From an uncultured bacterium (GTDB lineage: Bacteria > Bacillota_I > Bacilli_A > RFN20 > CAG-826): DNA of 64,000 nucleotides. The position numbers and the translations under genes are program-made. The notes under the pieces are model-generated. The model worked only from the letters and a program-made list of their open reading frames with translations, was not told the origin of the DNA and made no database searches. Of the stretch, positions 29,415 to 39,196 are shown piece by piece; position 1 is the stretch's first letter, and every line of letters begins with the position of its first letter. The stretch covers positions 70,716 to 134,715 of the forward strand of contig CASFTG010000001.1 in the NCBI GenBank assembly GCA_949297805.1. Reading direction: 5' to 3'.

Positions 29415-31604
29415 ATGGAAAACGAAAAGAAAAACACCGATTTCGAATCGGCGCAAGACTTCGAGTTCGTCCAGCAAGACGCCTCGATTCACGATCAAAA
29501 GTTTGAGACCAAGCCGACCACCTATTTCAAAGACGCGATGAAGCGGTTCGTCAAGAACCGTTCCTCGGTCGTGGCTGGCTGCATCCTCTTCGTCCTTATC
29601 GCCATGGCCATCATTGTTCCGGTGGCTAATAAGAACGACATCGACAATCCGGTCGCGGCGGCTCGTTATCTGCCCCCGAAGTGGTTTGATGGCGACACCG
29701 GTGGCTTCATGGACGGGACTGGTTATGTCGAGAATGCTATTCTTGACCCCAGCACCAACAATTTGCCATCGGATTCATATTACAAATCTTATGCCGTCAT
29801 CGGCGACATCGAATCGACCCAATCGTATTCTGATACTTGGGACGAATCGGTCCGGAATTACGGCAAGAATGGGGCAATCCGGCTTGGCAACGGCTCCAGT
29901 GAGAACGAAGTCGGTATCTTCGAGTCGGAAGAATCTGGCCTTCTTTCCCCGGTTGTCCAACTGGCTTTGACTGATTCCTCAGTCAGTTACGAAGTGACTT
30001 TCTATCCTAATTCCTATGCCGACAACCACGTTGAAGGGACGGAGATTGTTTCCTATATCGGCTGGGTTTTCGAAACCTCCGCCGATACTCCGAGCGAAAC
30101 CGAGGTTTTAGCCGAGGAATCAACCGATACTCCGAGCGAAGACATCCCAGAGGAAGGCGGGGAGGAAATCCCTGAAGAACCCGCGGAAGAGCTGACCATC
30201 GTTCCATTGATGGACCCCCTATCCTTAACCGATGAAACCACCTCGATGGAAGTCGAGAATGTCGTCGGCATCCTCCAAGAAGGCGGCTATCTCGATGGGG
30301 CGTCCGAACAGGTTTCCGGCCGGTTCGCCATCGTCTACGATGCTCCCGTCGATGCGGCGGCTTCGGCCAATTCGCTTTATATCCAGTCAGTTCAGGCGAG
30401 GGGGACTACCTCTAGTGTTGGCGCCGCTTCCTTCTCCAACGCCACCCAAGCTTATGCTTCTCTAAATGCTGGTGGCTATTCCCGCTTAAACGAGATCTCC
30501 TCGACCGGCATCTACCATTCTGAGGTCACTTACGGCGCTTTCCGCTATGACTATTACGAAGCGGCCTTCGGTGACGTGGCGGGGCAAGAGTTTACTAAAA
30601 ACGACATCGATACTTATGTTAGCCATGGCTGGATTGAATCCCTTTCCTGCAGGGGTATGGTCGGCGGGGAAATCACCCTCTTCAGCCTCTCAAACGGCGA
30701 CACCGCCATCGATTGGAGCAAAGCTCCGATGACTTCCACCTCGGTCACTTTGGTCTTGACCGAGGAAGGCGACACATATTGCCCGTTACGGTCGATTCAG
30801 ACTTTACGGGCGGTCAATTTAGGCGGTGAGGTCGGAACCTCGGTTTCCGTCTATGGGACCCAATCCCTTTATCGTCTTCTTTATGAGCAGGATAAGATCG
30901 GCTCCTGCAAGATGCCGAAATACTTCTTCGGGACCGATCGGAACGGGAAAGACTTCTTCAAGTTGGTCTTCTCCGGCTTATTGACCTCCCTTGGCTTGGG
31001 CTTATTGAGCTCGGCCATCAATATCGTCATCGGCCTTATCTGGGGCGCCATCTCTGGCTACTTCGGCGGCTGGGTCGATATGTTGATGGAACGGTTCTGC
31101 GAGATCCTCGGCGGCATGCCCTTCATCGTCATGATGACGCTTATAGTCTTGCTATTGGGTTCGAACTTCTGGACCTTCCTGCTCGCCCTCTGCCTTACTG
31201 GCTGGATGGGGGTCGCGGCCGAGACCAGGCGACAGTTCTATCGATATAAGCGAAGGGAATACGTCTTGGCCTCAAGGACTTTGGGCGCGAGCGACACCCG
31301 GCTTATCTTCAAGCACATCCTGCCCAACGGCATCGGCCCGATCATCACCGGCGCCATCCTTATGATCCCATCGGTCATCTTCACCGAAGCCAATATCTCC
31401 TACTTATTGCCTTCGGCCTTGGCCTTCTCGGGATCGCAGTCATTCGGCATTACCTTGTCCAACGTCCAAGGCGACTTGCAGAACTACCCTTACCTAATCG
31501 TCAGCGCCTCCATCGTCATGGCTTTGATCATGATTTGTTTCAACCTGTTCGGCAATGGCTTGCGCGACGCCTTCAACCCAGCTTTGAAAGGAGCGGATGA
31601 GTGA
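29415..31604 (+). CDS. oppC: Oligopeptide ABC transporter permease OppC with ~400-aa extracellular insertion
   Basis: KRFVKNRSSV N-terminal helix, FGTDRNGKD, REYVLASRTLGA...KHILPN, GNGLRDAFNP. Confidence 0.9.
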   Translation: MENEKKNTDFESAQDFEFVQQDASIHDQKFETKPTTYFKDAMKRFVKNRSSVVAGCILFVLIAMAIIVPVANKNDIDNPVAAARYLPPKWFDGDTGGFMDGTGYVENAILDPSTNNLPSDSYYKSYAVIGDIESTQSYSDTWDESVRNYGKNGAIRLGNGSSENEVGIFESEESGLLSPVVQLALTDSSVSYEVTFYPNSYADNHVEGTEIVSYIGWVFETSADTPSETEVLAEESTDTPSEDIPEEGGEEIPEEPAEELTIVPLMDPLSLTDETTSMEVENVVGILQEGGYLDGASEQVSGRFAIVYDAPVDAAASANSLYIQSVQARGTTSSVGAASFSNATQAYASLNAGGYSRLNEISSTGIYHSEVTYGAFRYDYYEAAFGDVAGQEFTKNDIDTYVSHGWIESLSCRGMVGGEITLFSLSNGDTAIDWSKAPMTSTSVTLVLTEEGDTYCPLRSIQTLRAVNLGGEVGTSVSVYGTQSLYRLLYEQDKIGSCKMPKYFFGTDRNGKDFFKLVFSGLLTSLGLGLLSSAINIVIGLIWGAISGYFGGWVDMLMERFCEILGGMPFIVMMTLIVLLLGSNFWTFLLALCLTGWMGVAAETRRQFYRYKRREYVLASRTLGASDTRLIFKHILPNGIGPIITGAILMIPSVIFTEANISYLLPSALAFSGSQSFGITLSNVQGDLQNYPYLIVSASIVMALIMICFNLFGNGLRDAFNPALKGADE

Positions 31605-33529
31605 TTATGAACAAATACAAAACCATCGATTACCCCGCTTCGGTCGGGGTGCAGGAAAAAGGCAAGGAACCGGTCCTTTCGGTCCGGAATCTCGCTATCT
31701 CCTTTAAAACCGACGAGGGGATGGTCAAAGCCGTCCGCGGCGTCTCCTTCGATTTATACAAGGAGGAGACCTTATGCATCGTCGGCGAGTCCGGCTCGGG
31801 CAAATCGGTCACCAACAAGACCATCATGGGCATCCTCCCCAAAAGCGCCCGTATCGAATCGGGTTCGATCGTCTATGAAGGCGAGGATTTGACCCAGGTC
31901 TCCGAGGATGAGTTCCATAACATCCGTGGCACCAAGATCGGGATGATCTTCCAAGACCCCTTATCGTCTTTAAACCCGATCATGCGGATCGGCAAGCAGA
32001 TCACCGAGGTCATGCTCATCAATGGGCATCACCTGAAGAATCTTTTCAAAGACATCGTCAATGACTCCTTCATCAAGTTGAAAAACGATGAACGGCTCCT
32101 CCAACTCGCCCAAAGCGATCTTAAGCATGCCTTAGCCGACATCAAAGCGGCCATCGCCAAGGAGAAAGAAGACGCCAAAGTCGACGAGCGGACCCCGAAC
32201 CTCGAGCCCCTATTCGCCAAGCAGCAAGAGTCCAAAGAGGCGTATCAGAAAAAGAAAGCTGAACTAAAGGCCATCATCGCGGAAGACAAAGCCGCCTATT
32301 CGGCGAAAAAGAAGGAAGCTAAGCAGGCGGTGCGCGAGAAGCGCCTGGCCTTGCGGAAAGAGCATTGGGAGAAACTCCGCCCGATCTATAAGTCCTTCTT
32401 CGATAAGACCCCGTCAAACGAAGCCAAGGCCAAGATTGCCGAGGCGAAGAAGAAATACGAGGCGGCCATGGCCTTGCCGGAGAACAATCCGAGCGAGGAC
32501 GAATTGATCGACCTCTATGCCTCTATCGTCAACCCGAAGGAAAAAGCGGTCGCCGAATTAAAGGAAAAGCTTGAGACGCTTTCGGCCAACAAAGGGAGCG
32601 ACGAAGGCTTAGTCGCCTATAACGAATGCCGGTTGGCGCTTCGTGATGCCAAAAAAGCCGCCGCTTTGGCGAAGAAAGAAGCCAAGAAAGCGGTCCACGA
32701 GAAGAAATATGGCCCCCGCGACGCCTATCGGGCTGAGGTTAAGCCCCTTTATAAAGACCTATTGACCTTCCCGGCCTTCAAGAAAGCCTATGATGACTTC
32801 CTGATTGAGCATCGCCGTTACCTTTCTTGCCTCCGGGTCACCCATAAGGAGGCGAAGGAACGGGCCCTGAAGATCATGGCCGAAGTCGGCATCCCCCAGC
32901 CGGAACGCCGGTTCTACCAATATCCATTCGAGTTCTCCGGCGGCATGCGGCAACGGATTGTCATCGCCATCGCCCTCACCGCCCATCCGGATATTTTGAT
33001 TTGCGATGAGCCGACGACCGCCCTTGACGTCACCATCCAGGCCCAGATCCTGGAGCTGATCAATGAATTGAAGGCCAAACACCATATGTCGGTCATCTTC
33101 ATCACCCATGACCTGGGGGTCGTGGCTAATATGGCCGATCGGGTCGCGGTTATGTATGCTGGCAAAATCGTCGAATACGGGAAAGCCGACGAAGTGTTCT
33201 ATTCGCCCGCCCATCCCTATACCTGGGCTTTGCTTTCCTCCATCCCCGACGTTGATTCGAAGGAAAAGCTCGAAGCGATCCCCGGCACCCCGCCGAACAT
33301 GCTCTTCCCGCCCAAAGGCGATGCCTTCGCGGCAAGAAGCAAATACGCCCTCGGCATCGACTTCAAGGAAGAGCCGCCGATGTTCGAAATTTCGCCCACC
33401 CATTACGCCGCCACTTGGCTATTGGATGAACGGGCCCCGGAATACAAGATGCCCTCGATCGTCGCCACCCGAATCAAGAACTCCTTGAAACGGGCCAAGA
33501 AGCAAACCGGAGGTAAGAAAGATGAATGA
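31601..33529 (+). CDS. oppD: Oligopeptide ABC transporter ATPase OppD with coiled-coil insertion
   Basis: GESGSGKS, IFQDPLSSLNP, YPFEFSGGMRQR, DEPTTALDVT, THDLGVV, HPYT. Confidence 0.92.
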   Translation: MIMNKYKTIDYPASVGVQEKGKEPVLSVRNLAISFKTDEGMVKAVRGVSFDLYKEETLCIVGESGSGKSVTNKTIMGILPKSARIESGSIVYEGEDLTQVSEDEFHNIRGTKIGMIFQDPLSSLNPIMRIGKQITEVMLINGHHLKNLFKDIVNDSFIKLKNDERLLQLAQSDLKHALADIKAAIAKEKEDAKVDERTPNLEPLFAKQQESKEAYQKKKAELKAIIAEDKAAYSAKKKEAKQAVREKRLALRKEHWEKLRPIYKSFFDKTPSNEAKAKIAEAKKKYEAAMALPENNPSEDELIDLYASIVNPKEKAVAELKEKLETLSANKGSDEGLVAYNECRLALRDAKKAAALAKKEAKKAVHEKKYGPRDAYRAEVKPLYKDLLTFPAFKKAYDDFLIEHRRYLSCLRVTHKEAKERALKIMAEVGIPQPERRFYQYPFEFSGGMRQRIVIAIALTAHPDILICDEPTTALDVTIQAQILELINELKAKHHMSVIFITHDLGVVANMADRVAVMYAGKIVEYGKADEVFYSPAHPYTWALLSSIPDVDSKEKLEAIPGTPPNMLFPPKGDAFAARSKYALGIDFKEEPPMFEISPTHYAATWLLDERAPEYKMPSIVATRIKNSLKRAKKQTGGKKDE

Positions 33530-34916
33530 GGAAAAACGTCTCCAACTGAACTCCGAGAAAGCGGAACGGAAAGAAAAAGTCGCCGAGGCAAAGGCCGCCT
33601 TAAAGGACTTTAAGACTAAATATAAAGGCGTCGAGTTAGACGAAGCCCTCCGGGAGGAGCGGCTCGCCCTCGAAGCTAATCTTCGCGATGCCAAGCGGGC
33701 CCTCTCGCTTGTTGGAGTCACCTATGATCCTTCTTTGAAAGAGGAGAACGTCATCTTAGATGTCCGCCACTTAAAGGAATTCTTCAAATCTGGCGAATAC
33801 AAGACCAAAGCCGTCCATGACATCTCCTTCAAAATCCATGAAGGCGAATGCTTCGGCTTAGTCGGGGAGTCAGGCTGCGGCAAGACCACGACCGGCCGCT
33901 GCATCATCGGCCTTTATCCCATCACCTCCGGCTCGATCTATTACAAAGGGTACCGGATCGCCGCTGGGAGCCGTTGGAACGAGAAGGAAATCAAGTGGAC
34001 CCGGATCAGGGACAATTCCAAGATCAAGGTCTTAAAACGCGAGCTCCGCGATAAGCTTTCGGAAGCGGCCTCCGAGGATGAAAAGGAATCTTTGCGGGCC
34101 GAATATGCGGCGAAAATCAATGAGATCAAAGCCCATACTCAATCAATTGTTTCGGTTCAGAAAGAGAAGATCGCCCAGATCCGTTATGACAATAAGCATT
34201 CCTCGAGCAAGCTCCGGAATGAGATCCAGATGATCTTCCAAGACCCGATCGACTCCCTCGACCCCCGTATGACGGTCGAGGACATCATCGTCGAAGGCCT
34301 TCATATCCAGGGCCAATACGATAAGGAGGAGAATCGACGGGCGGTGGAACGGGTCCTCCGCCAAGTCGGCCTCATCCCCGAATACGCTTCCCGTTATCCC
34401 CATGAGTTCTCCGGCGGCCAGCGGCAACGGATCGGCATCGCCCGGGCTTTGATCATGAACCCGAAGCTATTGATTTGCGATGAGCCGATCTCGGCTCTCG
34501 ACGTCTCGATCCGGGCTCAGGTCCTTAACCTGCTTAACGAGATTAAGGATTCGATGAAGCTCACGATGCTATTCATCGCTCATGACCTTTCGGTCGTCAA
34601 ATACTTCTGCGACCGGATCGGGGTCATGTATTTCGGCGATATGGTTGAGCTTGCCTCCTCGGAAGAATTATTTAGACACCCGCTTCACCCTTATACCAAA
34701 GCCTTGCTTTCCGCCATCCCGAAGCCTGATCCATTGTCAGAGAAGAACCGGATCCGGAAAGTGTATAACCCGGCGACGACCCACGATTATTCGAAGCAGA
34801 AGCCGACTTTTAGGGAATTGATCCCCGGCCACTTCGTCTTATGCAACGACGAAGAGGAGAAGAAGTACTTAGAGGAGATCAAAGCCCTCGACGAAGGAGA
34901 GAAGAGCAATGATTAA
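33522..34916 (+). CDS. oppF: Oligopeptide ABC transporter ATPase OppF with helical extensions
   Basis: GESGCGKTT, IFQDPIDSLDPR, RYPHEFSGGQRQR, DEPISALDVS, HPYTKALL. Confidence 0.92.
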   Translation: MNEEKRLQLNSEKAERKEKVAEAKAALKDFKTKYKGVELDEALREERLALEANLRDAKRALSLVGVTYDPSLKEENVILDVRHLKEFFKSGEYKTKAVHDISFKIHEGECFGLVGESGCGKTTTGRCIIGLYPITSGSIYYKGYRIAAGSRWNEKEIKWTRIRDNSKIKVLKRELRDKLSEAASEDEKESLRAEYAAKINEIKAHTQSIVSVQKEKIAQIRYDNKHSSSKLRNEIQMIFQDPIDSLDPRMTVEDIIVEGLHIQGQYDKEENRRAVERVLRQVGLIPEYASRYPHEFSGGQRQRIGIARALIMNPKLLICDEPISALDVSIRAQVLNLLNEIKDSMKLTMLFIAHDLSVVKYFCDRIGVMYFGDMVELASSEELFRHPLHPYTKALLSAIPKPDPLSEKNRIRKVYNPATTHDYSKQKPTFRELIPGHFVLCNDEEEKKYLEEIKALDEGEKSND

Positions 34917-35577
34917 ATGGTTTAAATCCTTAGGGATCTCTTTGTTCAGCTTCCTCGGCTTCTTGGTCTTGTTGCTGACCATCCCCTTCTTTGTTTCCCT
35001 TTTCGGGGCTTATGCCGATCCAGCTGGCCATAACTACCGGCTTGAATACCTTCCGGAAGGGGAGGCGGTCGACGCCTATCTCCATACCGGCGAAGCGACC
35101 TTGTTCTTGACCTTCGGCCTCATCATCGCCGTCTTCTTGGTCTTATTCGTCCTCGATACGTTATTCCGGAAGAAAAGCAGCCACGTGGGTATCGTTGCCC
35201 TTGGCATGATTTGCCTTGCCGCCTTCTGCCTTGGCCGAGCGATCCTTAACTTCAAGCTCGACGAGGCCGTGACCGGGGTTCTGGATATCCTCTCGGCCAT
35301 CGCGATGCTCGTGACCCTCAGTTTCTTCATCAAGAAGAGCCTTGATGGCGATTGCTTAGTCGGTTACTACGTCTCGGTCATCGTCTCTGGGTTCCTCTTC
35401 TATTTCTGCATCATCTCCAATTACAACATCCTCGATTGCTTCTCCCATTCGGGGGACGTCATCTTCTGGTGCGGCTACGCGGTGACCCGTTATTATCTGT
35501 TAACGTTCTTGTTATTGGTTTGGGCCAATCACCATTCCGATTACGAACCCGCCGGCGTGGTCGTCGCCGATATCTGA
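34909..35577 (+). CDS. Hypothetical multi-pass membrane protein coupled to oppF
   Basis: Overlaps the oppF stop; about 6 hydrophobic segments. Confidence 0.75.
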   Translation: MIKWFKSLGISLFSFLGFLVLLLTIPFFVSLFGAYADPAGHNYRLEYLPEGEAVDAYLHTGEATLFLTFGLIIAVFLVLFVLDTLFRKKSSHVGIVALGMICLAAFCLGRAILNFKLDEAVTGVLDILSAIAMLVTLSFFIKKSLDGDCLVGYYVSVIVSGFLFYFCIISNYNILDCFSHSGDVIFWCGYAVTRYYLLTFLLLVWANHHSDYEPAGVVVADI

Positions 35578-35582
35578 TCCTT

Positions 35583-35602
35583 AAGGGGCTCCGGCCCCTT
35601 TT
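35583..35602 (+). terminator. Probable terminator at the end of the opp operon
   Basis: aaggggc-tccg-gcccctttt. Confidence 0.6.
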
Positions 35603-35610
35603 CACTTATT

Positions 35611-36243
35611 ATGAAAGCGTTGATATTCGATTTGGATGGGACCCTCTGGGATTCGAGTAAGCCAGTCGCGGAATGTTGGCAAGCGGTGGGGCAAAAGCTC
35701 TTAGGCCCAACTTTCCATCTTAGCCAAGCCGAGGCTAGAGCCAAGATGGGGAAGACGATGGATGAGATTGCCGCCTCTTTTGCTCCCAAAGGGTATAGCG
35801 AGGCGGGAATAGCTAAGTTAGGCGAGGCGTTCTTTCAGGCCGAAAACGCCTATTTGGCTCAGCATCCTGGCGTCTTGTTCCCCGGGGTCAAAGAGACTTT
35901 ATCCGAGTTAAAGAAGCATTATGACCTTTATATCGTCTCCAATTGCCAATCTGGCTATATCGAAACCTTCTTGCCTTTGCTCCCTTCTGCCACCTTCAAA
36001 GGACATATGTGCTTCGATGACACCAAGAAGGCGAAGTGTTTTACTATCAAAGCCTTGATGGATCGTTATGGGATCAAGGAAGCGCTTTATATCGGCGACA
36101 CCGCCCGCGACGAAGAGGCGTCCAGTGGGGCCGGGATTGGCTTCATCCATGCCACCTATGGGTTTGGGACGGCGAAAAACCCACTGGTGAAGCTATCCCA
36201 ATTTGCCGAGTTGCCCAATCTCCTCTTGAGTCTTGGCTTCTAG
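35611..36243 (+). CDS. HAD-family hydrolase (phosphoglycolate phosphatase-like)
   Basis: IFDLDGTLWDS, IVSN, YIGDTARD motifs. Confidence 0.88.
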   Translation: MKALIFDLDGTLWDSSKPVAECWQAVGQKLLGPTFHLSQAEARAKMGKTMDEIAASFAPKGYSEAGIAKLGEAFFQAENAYLAQHPGVLFPGVKETLSELKKHYDLYIVSNCQSGYIETFLPLLPSATFKGHMCFDDTKKAKCFTIKALMDRYGIKEALYIGDTARDEEASSGAGIGFIHATYGFGTAKNPLVKLSQFAELPNLLLSLGF

Positions 36244-36259
36244 GCTTTAAGATAAACGT

Positions 36260-36643
36260 ATGGAAAACCAAGACAACCCCTTCAAAGCCGACCGTTACCT
36301 CTCTTCCTCCCAACGGGAGATCGTCCACTCGATGATGCCGGAGCTCACGAAAGCGACCGACGCCGAGGGGTGCGCCAAGACGGTTGAGTTGATTGATAAT
36401 TTCGTCAAAGCCAATAAGACTGGCGACCTCGTTTATGAAAACGCCCTCAAAGCCTTCTCGGGGGCTAATGAGTCCTTAAGGTCAGCCGCCCTCTTCCCTA
36501 GCGATGCCGCGACGATGCTCATCTTAAGCCTCGTCTCCAGTTACCTCTCCTTGATTTTCTTAGTCGGGGTCCTCAACGCCGAGGAACTGAAGGCGATGGG
36601 GCCGGTCATGGATGGGCTCGGCAATAAACTGCCGACCGCTTAA
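36260..36643 (+). CDS. Hypothetical protein
   Basis: 127-aa ORF with genome-typical codons; TAAGAT 6 nt upstream of ATG. Confidence 0.65.
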   Translation: MENQDNPFKADRYLSSSQREIVHSMMPELTKATDAEGCAKTVELIDNFVKANKTGDLVYENALKAFSGANESLRSAALFPSDAATMLILSLVSSYLSLIFLVGVLNAEELKAMGPVMDGLGNKLPTA

Positions 36644-36723
36644 GCGATTTTCGCTGTTCCCCCCGATTGTATATTGCCTCTTCTTTCCATTTGGGCGAAA
36701 ATTAGTAGACAGGAGGCGCGTCA

Positions 36724-36993
36724 ATGGATAATCAAGGCAAGGCGTTTGCCGAATTGGCCACTGGCTTAGCGGAAAAAACCACCCGGTTGGCTGGCAAGGC
36801 CGATGAGGCGCTGCAACAAGGGTTCAACGAATATATTGGGGCGCAAAAAGCCACTATCCAGGAGGCGGAACGGCTCACCAACGAAGTCGCTGGCGAGATC
36901 GAAAGCCTCGCAAAAACCCGTTTTGAGACGGCCTTAGAGGAAGGCAAAAAAGCTATCGCCGAAGCCTTCGCCACTCAAGGAGTCAGCTTATGA
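36724..36993 (+). CDS. Small amphipathic helical/coiled-coil hypothetical protein
   Basis: AGGAGG RBS; Ala/Glu-rich helix; ATGA overlap with the next gene. Confidence 0.72.
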   Translation: MDNQGKAFAELATGLAEKTTRLAGKADEALQQGFNEYIGAQKATIQEAERLTNEVAGEIESLAKTRFETALEEGKKAIAEAFATQGVSL

Positions 36994-37310
36994 GCGACAC
37001 ACCGAATACCACCCCGACCCCGGAAGTCGATTTGAGCGCTGAACTCAACCGGCTAAAAGCTGATAACGAAGCCTTAGAAGCCAAGATCAAAGGTTTGAAG
37101 GCCGAACTTAATTCCAAACTGTTCCAACAAGCTAAAAAGGATATCGCCGCCTTGAACCAAGAACTCGCCAACTATAGCGAGCGGGAACTCGCCATCATGA
37201 GCGATTTCTCCTTGGCTTTGCGCCATCTAAACGATTCGGTTTCTGACCTGCAAGCTGTTTTAGCGGTCGAAAAGGGCGAGGAAGAAAAGAACACGGAGGA
37301 GAACGCATGA
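36990..37310 (+). CDS. Small coiled-coil hypothetical protein
   Basis: AAGGAG RBS; heptad pattern LNRLKADNEALEAKIKGLKAEL; ATGA overlaps at both ends. Confidence 0.75.
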   Translation: MSDTPNTTPTPEVDLSAELNRLKADNEALEAKIKGLKAELNSKLFQQAKKDIAALNQELANYSERELAIMSDFSLALRHLNDSVSDLQAVLAVEKGEEEKNTEENA

Positions 37311-39196
37311 GCGACGCCCCAAACCAAGAATTGCTCGAACTGAAGCAAAAGAACCTCGCCTTATCCTCGGAATTGATGGATTTGGAGAAACTTTCCGCCC
37401 ACGTTGAGTTCTCCCTCCCCAAATCGAAGGCCGCTTTGGCGGAGATGTCATTATCGAAGGAAAAACTCCTGCTTTGCGATGCTAAGTTAGCCCAGGCGAA
37501 GCAAGATCTCGCCGATTCGAAGGAAAACATCAAGTTCCTTTCCTCCTTTGTCAAAGTCATCTCCCGTCAGGTCATGGCGGTCGGCTCCTTGACTAAGAAA
37601 GGGCTCTTCGATTCGGCTTCCGATATTTTGAATTCCCTCTCCGCCCATGCGAACGATTTGTCCGCTCCGTGGACGGCGGAATTAAAAGAGCAGATCGAGG
37701 AATCGATCGGTTACCAACGGGTCAAGTTGGTCCTTTTACGGGGCCGGCATAATGAAGCCCAAGGGCTTCCCCCTTGCGGCGAGGCCGAGATCGATGCCCT
37801 GATCGATGATATCGTCGAGTTGGGGATGAAATATCACGCGGAGTCGGAAAGAGTCGACCTGCTTAACGAAGCCTTAGCCATCAAGCTCAATATCCTCGCC
37901 GTCCGGGAAGAGGCGACCATCCATGATATGGATAGCCTTGAAGCCATCATCGCCGAACGCGACCATTACCTTTCCCTCACCCCAACTCCTGATGAACGGG
38001 TGGCGGAAGCAAGGAAGAAGCTCTACAAAGTCATCCTTGAGGAATTCACTGAGCTTTCTTTCCTCTATTTCGACGATGAACCGAACTTCGATAAGGCTTT
38101 ATCGGTCTTCCATCAGAAAGGGAGCATCGAGAAAGAAGATATCGCCCATCATGCCTATAAGGAATCGGAAGATGACAAAGCCTTCCGGATCGCCTTCCTT
38201 TGCCAGATGGCCTTAAGAAAGGATGTCTCCGGCTATAAGGATCAAGTCATCGTCTTATCTTCGAAAGCCGAGGAAGGCGATGAGGATTCCTTGGACTTAT
38301 TGGCCCATTTCCTTTCGATGCCCTTAATCGATTCGACCAAGTTTGATTTGACGGTTAAATCGCTTAAAACCTTGAGCTTTGAGCAGAAGATCCATTTCTT
38401 CGCTTTCGCCATTAAGTTGGGCTTGGACGAGGAGAAGCAGGTATTGGTGTTCCAGTTCATCGAGCAGCTGCGGATCGGGGCTCGACGGGGCGACCTGGAG
38501 AAGATGGCCCCGGACCTTGCTTATCTTGACCTCCATATCGCCTCGAGCCTAAAGGAAGACTGGGCTGGGATGAAAGGGGACTTGCTCCGTTCGCCGCGGG
38601 CCCATAAAGTCGTTACTAAGACTCAGGTCGATGAATTACGTATCTTCGCTGGTGAGGACCAAAATGCCTTGGGGGCGCCTTTAGGAAAGAAGCTTAAATC
38701 GGCTTATGTCAAATCCTGGGACATGCTGAAATATGTCCTCTATTGGTTCTTCGCCATTCCTTTGCCGCTGGTTCTATCTGGCATCGCCTATTACCTCATG
38801 TACTACTTCAAGGTGGCTGATTATATCGGCTCGGCCATCTTCGCCTTGCCGTTTGGCCTTTGCCTCTTATTCTTCGCTATGGTTGGCTTGGCCTTCTTTG
38901 GAAGGGACGAGAAAGGATCGATGGGGTATCGAAGGGCCCTCGGCTTCGTCGCCATCGTCTTATTGGCCGGTTCGGCCGTCATCTTCGCTATCCCTAAACG
39001 CCTCCTTTATGGGGCGGAGATCATCGCTTTGCCCGCCTTGATCGACGGAGTCTTCGCCTATGTCTTGTCGTTAATTTTCTTTAAGGAACGGAACCGGGCC
39101 TTCGCCTATGCCCAGTTGGCTCTCTTCCTCGTGGCCTTAGGGGTGGCGGTCGGCTTCATGGTCTATGTCATGATGTCGGGCTTAACGGTCTCTTGA
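37307..39196 (+). CDS. Large helical protein: N-terminal coiled coil, helical middle, ~5 C-terminal TM helices
   Basis: GGAGGAG RBS; 629 aa; hydrophobic segments in the last ~160 aa. Confidence 0.8.
   Translation: MSDAPNQELLELKQKNLALSSELMDLEKLSAHVEFSLPKSKAALAEMSLSKEKLLLCDAKLAQAKQDLADSKENIKFLSSFVKVISRQVMAVGSLTKKGLFDSASDILNSLSAHANDLSAPWTAELKEQIEESIGYQRVKLVLLRGRHNEAQGLPPCGEAEIDALIDDIVELGMKYHAESERVDLLNEALAIKLNILAVREEATIHDMDSLEAIIAERDHYLSLTPTPDERVAEARKKLYKVILEEFTELSFLYFDDEPNFDKALSVFHQKGSIEKEDIAHHAYKESEDDKAFRIAFLCQMALRKDVSGYKDQVIVLSSKAEEGDEDSLDLLAHFLSMPLIDSTKFDLTVKSLKTLSFEQKIHFFAFAIKLGLDEEKQVLVFQFIEQLRIGARRGDLEKMAPDLAYLDLHIASSLKEDWAGMKGDLLRSPRAHKVVTKTQVDELRIFAGEDQNALGAPLGKKLKSAYVKSWDMLKYVLYWFFAIPLPLVLSGIAYYLMYYFKVADYIGSAIFALPFGLCLLFFAMVGLAFFGRDEKGSMGYRRALGFVAIVLLAGSAVIFAIPKRLLYGAEIIALPALIDGVFAYVLSLIFFKERNRAFAYAQLALFLVALGVAVGFMVYVMMSGLTVS

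Noticed and set aside
36724-37310. WXG100/type VII secretion substrates
   Set aside because: About 100-aa helical proteins, but no WxG motif and no EssC/FtsK ATPase nearby
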